DNA from: a virus
DNA length: 64,000 nt
Direction: 5' to 3' (one strand)
IMG/VR virus record: IMGVR_UViG_3300009169_000001
Coordinates: 36,395-100,394 of that record
Shown here: piece after piece, positions 47,809 through 56,163 of the stretch
Layout: the number at the start of each line of letters is the position of its first letter
How positions within the stretch are numbered: the stretch's first letter is position 1
Translations under genes and position numbers: made by a program
Notes under the pieces: model-generated
What the model was told of the DNA's origin: nothing
Databases searched by the model: none
Seen by the model: only the letters and a program-made list of their open reading frames with translations

Positions 47809-49102
47809 GGCTGAGCGGATTGTCCGGGACTTCACGTCCTTTGACACCGAGGCCAAAAACCTATTGCAGTTAATTTCACAGCTGCACACGAGTCGTGTGT
47901 CGGGCTACGGCTACACCGCTGAGGCCGAGATACTGGGCGTGGAGTACTACGCCATCAATGAGCAGCTGGATGTGCGCACCTGCCCTGTGTGCGAGATGAT
48001 GCACGGCAGGGTGTTCCCGGTTTCCGAGGCTAGACGCTTGCTCGACGATATCCTCTTCGAGGAGGATCCCGAGATCATCAAGACCAAGCAGCCGTGGCCT
48101 AGCCAGAAGCAGGCCGCCGTAGCATCAATGCAATTAATGTCACCGGAAGAATTGATCGGTAAGGGGTGGCACATCCCACCCTTCCACCCGTGGTGCAGGG
48201 GCATACTGGTCCACGTGAAGGATGTGCCCGACAAGATCATGCCTGTGGAAGTGGCGGCCCTGCAGGAAGTACTGTCTTCACCGGTACACGCTGGGCGTCC
48301 GATCGAGGTTACGGATTTTGAGGCTCTCAAGCAGATCTCCACCCTAGACTTCAGCATTCAAAACCCCAATGGGAAGATCCCGGAGCTGCGCCCCGAGCAC
48401 TTGGCCACGTGGAACAAGGTGATGGGAGACGTCACCCCCGCCGCGCTGTACAACGTGGTCAACAACGGATTCAAAGGTGCGTTGGCGGTGAACGGCGGGG
48501 AGTTTACCCTGAGCATAGGGGGGGACAACATCCTCATGTCTGCCCGGATGTGGGATGACGTGAAGGGTACCGTGGGGCGCAGCATACTGGCGCACCTAGA
48601 GCGCACTTTTGTTCGCGAGCGGGATGGCGTGCTCAATGTAGAGCATGATTACTTCAAGATTGCTAACCGGCACGCCCGCAGCGGGTACGGCAAGAATTTC
48701 ATGTCCGAGTCCTTTCGCCTCTACGAAGAGATGGGCGTCGAGGCGGTAGATGTAGATGCCAACATCGAGGTGGGGGCCTACGCGTGGGCCAAGTACGGCT
48801 TCAAGCCTAAAAACCTCAAGGTGTCCAAGGCCCTCTCCGATAATTTGAGAACCACCCTGAGAGCGATGTCTTGGCGCTTGTCCCCGGATGTTGTGGACGC
48901 CGTGCAGGAGGTGATCACCAAGATCCAGACCGATCCCACGGCCTTGTGGGTCCTGTCTGACATCGGGTTCATCACTGAAGGTGAGCCCCTTGCCAAGAGC
49001 CTGCTGTATCGTAAATCGTGGCTGGGTACGATTAGACTGGATGATGATGTAGCCATGAATCGGCTATGGGCCTACGTAGGGAGACCTGAAAATGTCAAAT
49101 GA
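47795..49102 (+). CDS. MuF/gp7-like C-terminal domain + C-terminal GNAT-like effector
   Basis: LDVRTCPVC..MHG and PPFHPWCRG MuF motifs; ARSGYG..GAYAWAKYGF; TTG start uncertain. Confidence 0.8.
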   Translation: MLIAKAERIVRDFTSFDTEAKNLLQLISQLHTSRVSGYGYTAEAEILGVEYYAINEQLDVRTCPVCEMMHGRVFPVSEARRLLDDILFEEDPEIIKTKQPWPSQKQAAVASMQLMSPEELIGKGWHIPPFHPWCRGILVHVKDVPDKIMPVEVAALQEVLSSPVHAGRPIEVTDFEALKQISTLDFSIQNPNGKIPELRPEHLATWNKVMGDVTPAALYNVVNNGFKGALAVNGGEFTLSIGGDNILMSARMWDDVKGTVGRSILAHLERTFVRERDGVLNVEHDYFKIANRHARSGYGKNFMSESFRLYEEMGVEAVDVDANIEVGAYAWAKYGFKPKNLKVSKALSDNLRTTLRAMSWRLSPDVVDAVQEVITKIQTDPTALWVLSDIGFITEGEPLAKSLLYRKSWLGTIRLDDDVAMNRLWAYVGRPENVK

Positions 49103-49268
49103 GATGTTCACCCGGAATGGACGTGTCAAAACGGATGAGGCCCTGCACAAGCCCATGCTGGCCAACTTCGAGGCCGACAAAATGACGCAGGAGCAATCTG
49201 CGGCGGTCGCCCGTTCGTGGGGCATGTCCACCGAGATGGTCCAAAAGCTGTTCCCACTGGCAAATTGA
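49092..49268 (+). CDS. small partner protein, 58 aa (not in ORF track)
   Basis: GGGAG RBS; MSNEMFTRNG...LFPLAN*; overlaps the MuF-GNAT stop. Confidence 0.5.
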   Translation: MSNEMFTRNGRVKTDEALHKPMLANFEADKMTQEQSAAVARSWGMSTEMVQKLFPLAN

Positions 49269-49318
49269 CAGGTAGGGCCCCACCCCCCAGAATCCCCGCT
49301 AACTACCGGGGATTTTTT

Positions 49319-49918
49319 ATGTCCGAATTAAAGCTGGCCTCCGAAGAGAAGCGCATCGTCTGGGCCGAGGTCTATGTGCCTAACGTACCCGACTCGGACG
49401 GTGATTTCATGGACCACGAAGGTGTGGAGAAGGCCGCCTACCAGTTCATGATGGACCTGAACCTCAAGAAGATCGATGTGCAGCACTCCAACGACCTAGT
49501 GCCGGGGGCCAGTGTCGTCGAGTCGTTTATCGCCCGCAAAGGGGATCCGGATTTCATCGAAGGATCGTGGGTGGTAGGGGTGCACATTCCAGATGACGCA
49601 ACATGGTCCCAGATCAAGAAGGGCGAGATTAACGGCTTCAGCCTCGAAGCACTGGTCAAGGGCGAGCACGTCGATATCGAGGTGGAGATCCCACCAGTGC
49701 TCACCGGAAGGACGTCAAAATCTGAAGGTTTCGATAGTCACGAGCACACGTTTTACGTTACGTACGACCCGACGGGCAATCTTGTGGGTGGGCGCACGGA
49801 TGTGGTTGGCGGGCATTCTCATATTATCAAGCGGGGAACTCTTACCGAAGTGGCTTCGGGGCACGACCACCGATTCTCCTTCATCGAGGGACTAGGGCCC
49901 CTGTACGGACCCCAGTGA
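49319..49918 (+). CDS. prohead protease, XkdF-like
   Basis: VY.P..PDSDGDFM, IDVQH, GSWVVG, IKKGEINGFS; promoter TTGACA(49265)-17-CAGAAT. Confidence 0.8.
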   Translation: MSELKLASEEKRIVWAEVYVPNVPDSDGDFMDHEGVEKAAYQFMMDLNLKKIDVQHSNDLVPGASVVESFIARKGDPDFIEGSWVVGVHIPDDATWSQIKKGEINGFSLEALVKGEHVDIEVEIPPVLTGRTSKSEGFDSHEHTFYVTYDPTGNLVGGRTDVVGGHSHIIKRGTLTEVASGHDHRFSFIEGLGPLYGPQ

Positions 49919-49988
49919 AACCAATTGCACTGAAAAAAAGTGCTAGAAAAGTTTCTTCGGAGGCTTTTCAGGGTGTTAGTTTGGCACC

Positions 49989-51089
49989 ATGAGCAAGACG
50001 ACTATCAGAGCGCGAAAGTTATCGGACCCCAAAGTCCAGTTCATTTCTCTGGTGGACCGGGGTGCTAATAGGGTTCCATTTAGAATTATCAAGCAACAGG
50101 AGAACGGCATGATAGACATCGGTAGACTGTTTAAGGGCAGCAAAGAGCCTGCTACGACCAAAGTCGTCGTTGCCGCTCTGGCTGTTGAGAAGCGCGAGGA
50201 CATGGCCCCTGTTCGCGAAGCGATCCAGAAGGCCGGGTTCAAGGTCGACGCCGAGATCGAGCGGGAAGACGGCGCTGTACTCTATCCTCAGGTCGAGAAT
50301 TTCGACGAAGCAGCTTGTACAGTGTACAAGGTGAACGGCGACGTACTGGCCCTGATGACTGGCACCATGGTTGCCAAGGCAGAGCAGACCGGCTTCATCA
50401 AGGACCTGTTTGGCCGCTACGGCTACGTGCCCTCCATGCAGGAAGCGTCGCAGGCTGTGGTCCAGTCCGTACTGACCGAAGCGGGCAACGTCACCGAGGA
50501 GAACTTCGAAGGCTTCCAGACCATGATGAAGTCCGACTTCTCTGAGCTGGCCAACTACATCAGCGACACGCTGGTGAGCATGCCTGCCAACCTGTTCGAC
50601 ATCAAACTGCCCGAGGTAGTTGCCAAGTCTGAAGTGGCCGACGGCGCAGAAGACGATGCGACCGACGTGGGCACCGGTGAAGGCGAAGAAGCCCCCGCTG
50701 AAGAGGCCCCCGCTGCTGAAGGCGAAGCTGAGGGCGGAGTTGAAGTGGCCAAGGCAGAGACCGACATTGCAGCACTGATTGCCAAGGCGATGGGCCCCGT
50801 GGCCACCCAGATGGGTGACATGGTTACGGCCCTCACCGGCATCAGCCGAGAAATTACCACCCTGAAGTCAGAAGTCTCTGACATCAAAGAGGGCCAAACT
50901 GAGCTGGCCTCCAAGGTGGATGAAGTCGATACGGTAGCGAAGGCCGCCAATGAAGCTGTTGGTGGGACCATCGTGAGTTCAGCACCCCCCGGTGATAAAA
51001 AGCCGGTAAGCCGTATCGTTAAGGCTGAGGATTCCGATCCGAGGCAAGGCGTATTTGACACCGCGTTCCTTCCGGGCGCACGTCATTAA
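49989..51089 (+). CDS. scaffold-like head protein
   Basis: FISLVDRGAN N-terminal motif, acidic linker, coiled-coil; lies between protease and capsid. Confidence 0.7.
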   Translation: MSKTTIRARKLSDPKVQFISLVDRGANRVPFRIIKQQENGMIDIGRLFKGSKEPATTKVVVAALAVEKREDMAPVREAIQKAGFKVDAEIEREDGAVLYPQVENFDEAACTVYKVNGDVLALMTGTMVAKAEQTGFIKDLFGRYGYVPSMQEASQAVVQSVLTEAGNVTEENFEGFQTMMKSDFSELANYISDTLVSMPANLFDIKLPEVVAKSEVADGAEDDATDVGTGEGEEAPAEEAPAAEGEAEGGVEVAKAETDIAALIAKAMGPVATQMGDMVTALTGISREITTLKSEVSDIKEGQTELASKVDEVDTVAKAANEAVGGTIVSSAPPGDKKPVSRIVKAEDSDPRQGVFDTAFLPGARH

Positions 51090-51115
51090 TCTGAGAGCTA
51101 AATAGGAGCTTTTCA

Positions 51116-52051
51116 ATGGAAAATCAAAGTCTCATCAAAAAAGCCGATATCGCTCTTGGCGACTTGGCATCCGGCGGTGGTCTGCTGAACCCTGAGATGA
51201 CGGATAAGTTTATCCGTACCCTCATCGACAGCCCGACTATCATAAACCGTGCGCGTACTGTCACCATGAATGCGCCCACTCGCAAGATCAACAAGATCGG
51301 CTTCGGCACTCGGATCTTGCGTCCTGCGCTGTCTGCTACAGCACTGTCTTCAGGGGATCGCGTTAAGCCCGACCTGAGCCAGATCCAGCTGGACACCAAA
51401 GAAGTCATCGCGGAAGTTCACATTCCGTACGACGTTCTGGAAGACAACATCGAAGGCGGCAACATCAACGCTGGGATGGAGTCTGGTGCTGGCGGTCTGC
51501 ATGCGACCATCGTTCAGCTGATGGCCGAGCGTGCTGCGCTTGACCTCGAAGAGCTGCTCCTGTTGGGCGACACCCTTTCTGGCGACCCCTACTTGGCTCT
51601 GCTCGATGGCTACCTGAAGCGTTCAACTGCTCACATCGTTGACGCTGGCGGTGCAACCATCGACAAGGCCCTGTTGAAGGCAGGTATCAAGGCGATGCCC
51701 GACAAGTACCTGCGGAACCGCGCTGCTCTTGAGCACTTCGTGTCCGTAGACAACGACACCGAGTACCGCGATACCTACGCGAGCCGTCAGACTGCTCTGG
51801 GTGACAACATGCTGCAGGGCACTGGCCCGGTCTACGCATGGGGTTCTCAGCTGAAGTCAGTGCCCCTGATGCCTAACACCAGTGGCCTGTACTGCAACCC
51901 GCTGAACCTGATCTTCGGTATCCAGCGTCGCATCACGATCGAATACGACAAGGACATCCGCACCCGCGAGTTCATCGTCGTAATCACCACTCGTGTGGCG
52001 AACCAGATCGAAGAAACCGACGCGGTCTGCAAGTACATCAACATCGGCTAA
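51116..52051 (+). CDS. major capsid protein
   Basis: GGLLNPE, VLEDNIEG, DLEELLLLGD, NLIFGIQR; highly expressed codon style; followed by a terminator. Confidence 0.9.
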   Translation: MENQSLIKKADIALGDLASGGGLLNPEMTDKFIRTLIDSPTIINRARTVTMNAPTRKINKIGFGTRILRPALSATALSSGDRVKPDLSQIQLDTKEVIAEVHIPYDVLEDNIEGGNINAGMESGAGGLHATIVQLMAERAALDLEELLLLGDTLSGDPYLALLDGYLKRSTAHIVDAGGATIDKALLKAGIKAMPDKYLRNRAALEHFVSVDNDTEYRDTYASRQTALGDNMLQGTGPVYAWGSQLKSVPLMPNTSGLYCNPLNLIFGIQRRITIEYDKDIRTREFIVVITTRVANQIEETDAVCKYINIG

Positions 52052-52088
52052 ACCCCGGTGCGTTGACTCTTGACGCAAAGCACGCCAG

Positions 52089-52122
52089 AATCCCCCTTCA
52101 GGAATCCTGTTGGGGGATTTTT
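52089..52122 (+). terminator. intrinsic terminator after the capsid gene
   Basis: AATCCCCC/GGGGGATT stem plus T tract. Confidence 0.6.
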
Positions 52123-52141
52123 GCTTTCTACGGAGTGGACA

Positions 52142-52603
52142 ATGGCCATAACCAAAACAACAGCTGCGGCATCTGCAGCGACGATCGACCTTGAACTGAC
52201 TACTGCAGCCACCTACGTCCACCCCTCCGGGATGGTATTCCGTGGGGGTGAGATATACACCGTGGAAGCCACCGACGCTCGTGATCTTCTGGGCAGGCTT
52301 GACGACCGGCAGGTCCCCGTGTTCCGCAAGTACCGCAAGCCCGAGCCTGTCACCTCGAAGACCCGCGCAGGCAACCACGATGCGGCCATGACCTCGGATG
52401 AAGGCGTCGTACGTCTGCCAGAGCACATGAAGAAAGGCCGTGAGGCGATGGAAGCTGAGCAGAACGCAGCGGCTGAGACCCAGTCCGAGCGCCCTGCGGA
52501 GCCCAAGGTTAAATCCACCCGCAGCACCAAGCCCGCAGCTCAGGTAGATGGCGATGATGTAGACTCAGGCGAGTTCGACTCCGCAGAGGGTGTCGAAGTT
52601 TAA
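52142..52603 (+). CDS. hypothetical virion-associated protein
   Basis: Position after capsid; GGAG RBS. Confidence 0.55.
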   Translation: MAITKTTAAASAATIDLELTTAATYVHPSGMVFRGGEIYTVEATDARDLLGRLDDRQVPVFRKYRKPEPVTSKTRAGNHDAAMTSDEGVVRLPEHMKKGREAMEAEQNAAAETQSERPAEPKVKSTRSTKPAAQVDGDDVDSGEFDSAEGVEV

Positions 52604-52619
52604 AGCCTGAGGAGGACAC

Positions 52620-53210
52620 GTGAATCTGGTAACCGCTGATGATGTCAAAACCAAGATGGGCCTACCAGACAACGTCCTCGAAGCCGATGATGCGATCGAG
52701 TCTGCGATCTCTTCCGGCGAGAATTTTGTGCGGGCCCTGCTAGGCACAGACACAGAGTACAATGCCAGCAGGACCGACACATACCTTCTCCGGCTCAACG
52801 AGTTCCCGCCTCTTCAACCGTTTCAGCGGGTCAAGCTCCGCCTGAAGCAGGGCTTCGTGAAGACCGGTACGGTCGTGGTGATGGCCGGGGAGAGCTACAC
52901 CTCCATGGCTGTGGTCGGCGATACCGAGTACCGCGTGGACCTGACGTTGGGCATTCTTCATCTGGAGCCCTCTTACCTTGGCCAGTATGTAGAGGTAACC
53001 TACGCTGCCGGATTCGAGCAGCCAGCGGATATCCCTCAGTGGCTCAAGGACGCTGTACTGGCCTACGTGCCGGGGGTGATGAACACCATGCAGGTCACCA
53101 ACCGGAGTGAGGAGTACAGCACCACCATGAAGCAGTCGGAAGAGCTGGCGATCGGCATTCTATCCTCGCACATGAGGGGTAAAGCACTGCAGCACAGGCC
53201 CATCTACTGA
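52620..53210 (+). CDS. head-tail adaptor/connector
   Basis: LVTADDVK, VTYAAGF..IPQWLKDAV. Confidence 0.7.
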   Translation: MNLVTADDVKTKMGLPDNVLEADDAIESAISSGENFVRALLGTDTEYNASRTDTYLLRLNEFPPLQPFQRVKLRLKQGFVKTGTVVVMAGESYTSMAVVGDTEYRVDLTLGILHLEPSYLGQYVEVTYAAGFEQPADIPQWLKDAVLAYVPGVMNTMQVTNRSEEYSTTMKQSEELAIGILSSHMRGKALQHRPIY

Positions 53211-53665
53211 TGCAGCTCGAAGTCGACTTCAACTTCGACAAGCTGTTCGACGTATTCGATAGGCTTGCCAAGGCCACCAACACCACCCAGATCCTAGATG
53301 AGGCAGGGGCGGTAATCCTGAACAGGATCCGCACGCGCTTCCTCGCAGAGGAGGATGCTGACGGCTCGAAGTGGCCCGAGTCCCGAGCGGCTGAGAAGCG
53401 CAAAGGGGGCGGATACACGATCCGGGGCGGCAAGAAGTGGCGTGGCACCGGGACCCTGTTCGAGACCGGCACCCTGTTCCGCTCCCTGCAGCTGGCAGGC
53501 ACTGGGCCTGATGAGCGCAAGATCCTCACGGATGTCGAGTACGGTAAGTATCACCAGTACGGGACTAAATTGCTCCCCAGACGGGTATTTCTCGCATTCA
53601 ATCAGGCAGACGCAGACCTTGTGTCGACGCTTATCACCCGACGCATTGAGAAGGCCTTAAAATGA
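53210..53665 (+). CDS. virion morphogenesis/tail completion protein
   Basis: RF..E.DADG.KW, LFETGTL, YGKYHQYG, PRR.FL. Confidence 0.75.
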   Translation: MQLEVDFNFDKLFDVFDRLAKATNTTQILDEAGAVILNRIRTRFLAEEDADGSKWPESRAAEKRKGGGYTIRGGKKWRGTGTLFETGTLFRSLQLAGTGPDERKILTDVEYGKYHQYGTKLLPRRVFLAFNQADADLVSTLITRRIEKALK

Positions 53666-54093
53666 CAACCATTGCAGTTAATTGCACTGAAGATATCAAG
53701 GCCCGCCTTGAGCAGACCGAAGAATTCGGGAATAAGATTTTTTCTGTTTTCAGCGAAGAAGATATGTTGGACAAGGCGTCCAAGCTACGCCTCCCTGCGG
53801 TGGGGGTCTTGTACGAGGGGATCTTCCCGGAAGGAGGACAGGATCGCTCCCGGCAGGGCCTGATGGGCACGCTGCGTGTGGCGGTGGTCCTGATCGTGTC
53901 GGGCAAGGCCACGTCCATGGACCGCAAGGATGCCGCTGCGGAGTTGCTGGACGCCACCCGCACCTGCCTGCTGGGCACGGCATCCCCCACAGGGCACAAG
54001 TGGCAGTACGCTGGAGAATTTCCCGCAGGGGACGCCTCTGGAGTCATGGTCTACCTACAGCGGTGGCAGACGGCAGCCCCGTTGACAAAGTAA
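53662..54093 (+). CDS. putative tail terminator
   Basis: Position, size and PAVGVLY motif. Confidence 0.55.
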   Translation: MTTIAVNCTEDIKARLEQTEEFGNKIFSVFSEEDMLDKASKLRLPAVGVLYEGIFPEGGQDRSRQGLMGTLRVAVVLIVSGKATSMDRKDAAAELLDATRTCLLGTASPTGHKWQYAGEFPAGDASGVMVYLQRWQTAAPLTK

Positions 54094-54360
54094 ATTTGTT
54101 AGGTGGACCCCAGACGCATAGAATGAAGCAACGGGATCAACGGAAGCGGTAGGGATTAGGCTAGATGGACTTGGAACTACTCAAGAACCACACACACGCA
54201 GGGACCAAGTACCCGGCGGGGGCCATAATCACTGTTCCTGATGGCAAGGTGGCATACATGGTAGCCATGGGCATTGGCAAGAAAGTGAAGCCCGCGCCCC
54301 CGACAAGACAAGACTCTAAGACCCTCAACGCAAACCTCGAACTACCTTTAGGAGAAGACA

Positions 54361-55017
54361 ATGGCCTTGCAACCGACGAATAAACTGCTTGGTGATGGTG
54401 GCGTAGGCCTGAATGATCAGGCGGGCAAAGCCATTCGTGAACTACAAGGGATGAGGGTCGCCATTGTGGCTGGCGCTTCAGCCAACGCCCAGATCAACAT
54501 CGCCGCCATTCGCACGGAGGACACTGTTCTCTCCGTGATCGAGTCCGCTGCAGGTGTTCTGACCGACCGTACCAGTACCACGAGTATCGTGGATCTGCGT
54601 GCTACCGGGACCATCACTGTAGGCGCTGTTGTAGCCGACAACACTGTGACCGTTCGCGGCGTGGTGTACACCTACAAAGCCGCCCCAGCCAGCCTGCAAC
54701 AAGTTAAGCTGACCCTCGGTGACGCCAACGCTAATGCTGCAGCCCTTGCCGCCGCTGTCAACGCCTACGAGCGCCGGTACGGCGGCTCAGGTTGGACGGT
54801 TCCGCTGGTTCTGGCAACCGTTGCAACCAACGTGGTCACGATCACTGCGGTAGTTGAAGGCACCACTGCTAACGCCTATACAATCGCTTCAAACAGCGCG
54901 AATGCCGTGGCTTCTGCCGCTACGTTGGCTGGGGGTTCTGCGACCGGCGGGATCAAAAATTCAGTAGACACGACTGGCGATAGCCTGATTGTCATCTGGT
55001 TCAACAAGAACGCCTAA
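54361..55017 (+). CDS. structural protein (Ala/Thr/Val-rich)
   Basis: Beta-rich composition; lies in the tail operon. Confidence 0.6.
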   Translation: MALQPTNKLLGDGGVGLNDQAGKAIRELQGMRVAIVAGASANAQINIAAIRTEDTVLSVIESAAGVLTDRTSTTSIVDLRATGTITVGAVVADNTVTVRGVVYTYKAAPASLQQVKLTLGDANANAAALAAAVNAYERRYGGSGWTVPLVLATVATNVVTITAVVEGTTANAYTIASNSANAVASAATLAGGSATGGIKNSVDTTGDSLIVIWFNKNA

Positions 55018-55044
55018 TAGCCCGTCTGGGTAGGAGATAAAGAT

Positions 55045-56076
55045 ATGAGTACTTGGGACGGTAACAACTTTTACTACTCCGGGCAGGGCGTGGTCCTTAT
55101 CGGCGAGCGGGATGCTGCAGGCAACCCGAAGAACCTCGTACCGGTAGGTAACGTGTCTGCACTGAGCATCGCTATCGCGACCTCAGTACTGGAGCACAAG
55201 GAGTCACAGACGGGTTCACGCGGTATCGACCTGCGCTTGACCACTGAGACCAACTGTAACCTGACGATGACGATGGAGAACTTCATCTCCGCCAACCTCG
55301 ACATCGCTCTGCGCGGCAGCACCACCAAGGAAGTGGCTGGCACGGTAACCGGTGAGGTGCTCAACCACCCCATACCCGGCGCGGTGCTCCCGCTGGACAA
55401 GATCAACGTGGCTGCAGTTGTGATCGACAACCCGGCTGGCACCCCGCTGGTTCTTTACACCAACGATTCCACTCCGTGGGACTACAAGCTGAACGCTAAC
55501 TCTGGCTCGATTCAGTTGAATGATGGTGTCGCTCAGCTTATGTCTGCCATGGCCACAGGCGGAACCCCCCTCACTGCTGTTAGCGCGGCAACTCAAGCAG
55601 TAGTTACTGTCAACAACGTCACTCTGGGAGCCTCTGCGGGTGATTACGTCACCTTCACCTTGGTTACAGGCACTGATGCTGCTGACCTGAACGGCAAGTG
55701 GTTCAGGGTAGTCTCAGCCACCACCACCACAGTGACCATCGACTACAACAGTACTGCCAAGACGTTCACGTACACCACCGCTGTGATGACCTCCAGTCAC
55801 AAGACTCTGAGCGCAGACTACACCTACACGGCTCAGAACTTGGTAGACGCCCTGACTGAAGGCGCTACTGAGCGGTACCTGCGCTTCGAAGGTCTCAACA
55901 CCGCTGACGGTAACAACCCGGTAGTGGTGGAGGTGTTCAAGTTCAGCACTGACCCGCTCCAGCAGCTGGCGCTCATCGGCGATGAAGTACAGCAGTTCGA
56001 ATTGGCAGGTAACGTACTGGCCGATCCGCTGCAGACTTCTGGCTCGAAGTTCTTCAAGCAGCGCATGGTCCGCTAA
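55045..56076 (+). CDS. major tail tube protein
   Basis: YYSGQG, VGNV, LEHKES, LRFEGLNTA; followed by terminator and chaperone. Confidence 0.8.
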   Translation: MSTWDGNNFYYSGQGVVLIGERDAAGNPKNLVPVGNVSALSIAIATSVLEHKESQTGSRGIDLRLTTETNCNLTMTMENFISANLDIALRGSTTKEVAGTVTGEVLNHPIPGAVLPLDKINVAAVVIDNPAGTPLVLYTNDSTPWDYKLNANSGSIQLNDGVAQLMSAMATGGTPLTAVSAATQAVVTVNNVTLGASAGDYVTFTLVTGTDAADLNGKWFRVVSATTTTVTIDYNSTAKTFTYTTAVMTSSHKTLSADYTYTAQNLVDALTEGATERYLRFEGLNTADGNNPVVVEVFKFSTDPLQQLALIGDEVQQFELAGNVLADPLQTSGSKFFKQRMVR

Positions 56077-56092
56077 TCCACAGTGGTACGAC

Positions 56093-56117
56093 AAGGGGCC
56101 TCCGGGCCCCTTTTTTT
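56093..56117 (+). terminator. intrinsic terminator
   Basis: GGGGCC-TCCG-GGCCCC plus T7. Confidence 0.8.
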
Positions 56118-56163
56118 GTGCCCGGTATCCTGCTAGGATCACACCACAACAAAGGAGTGCCAC

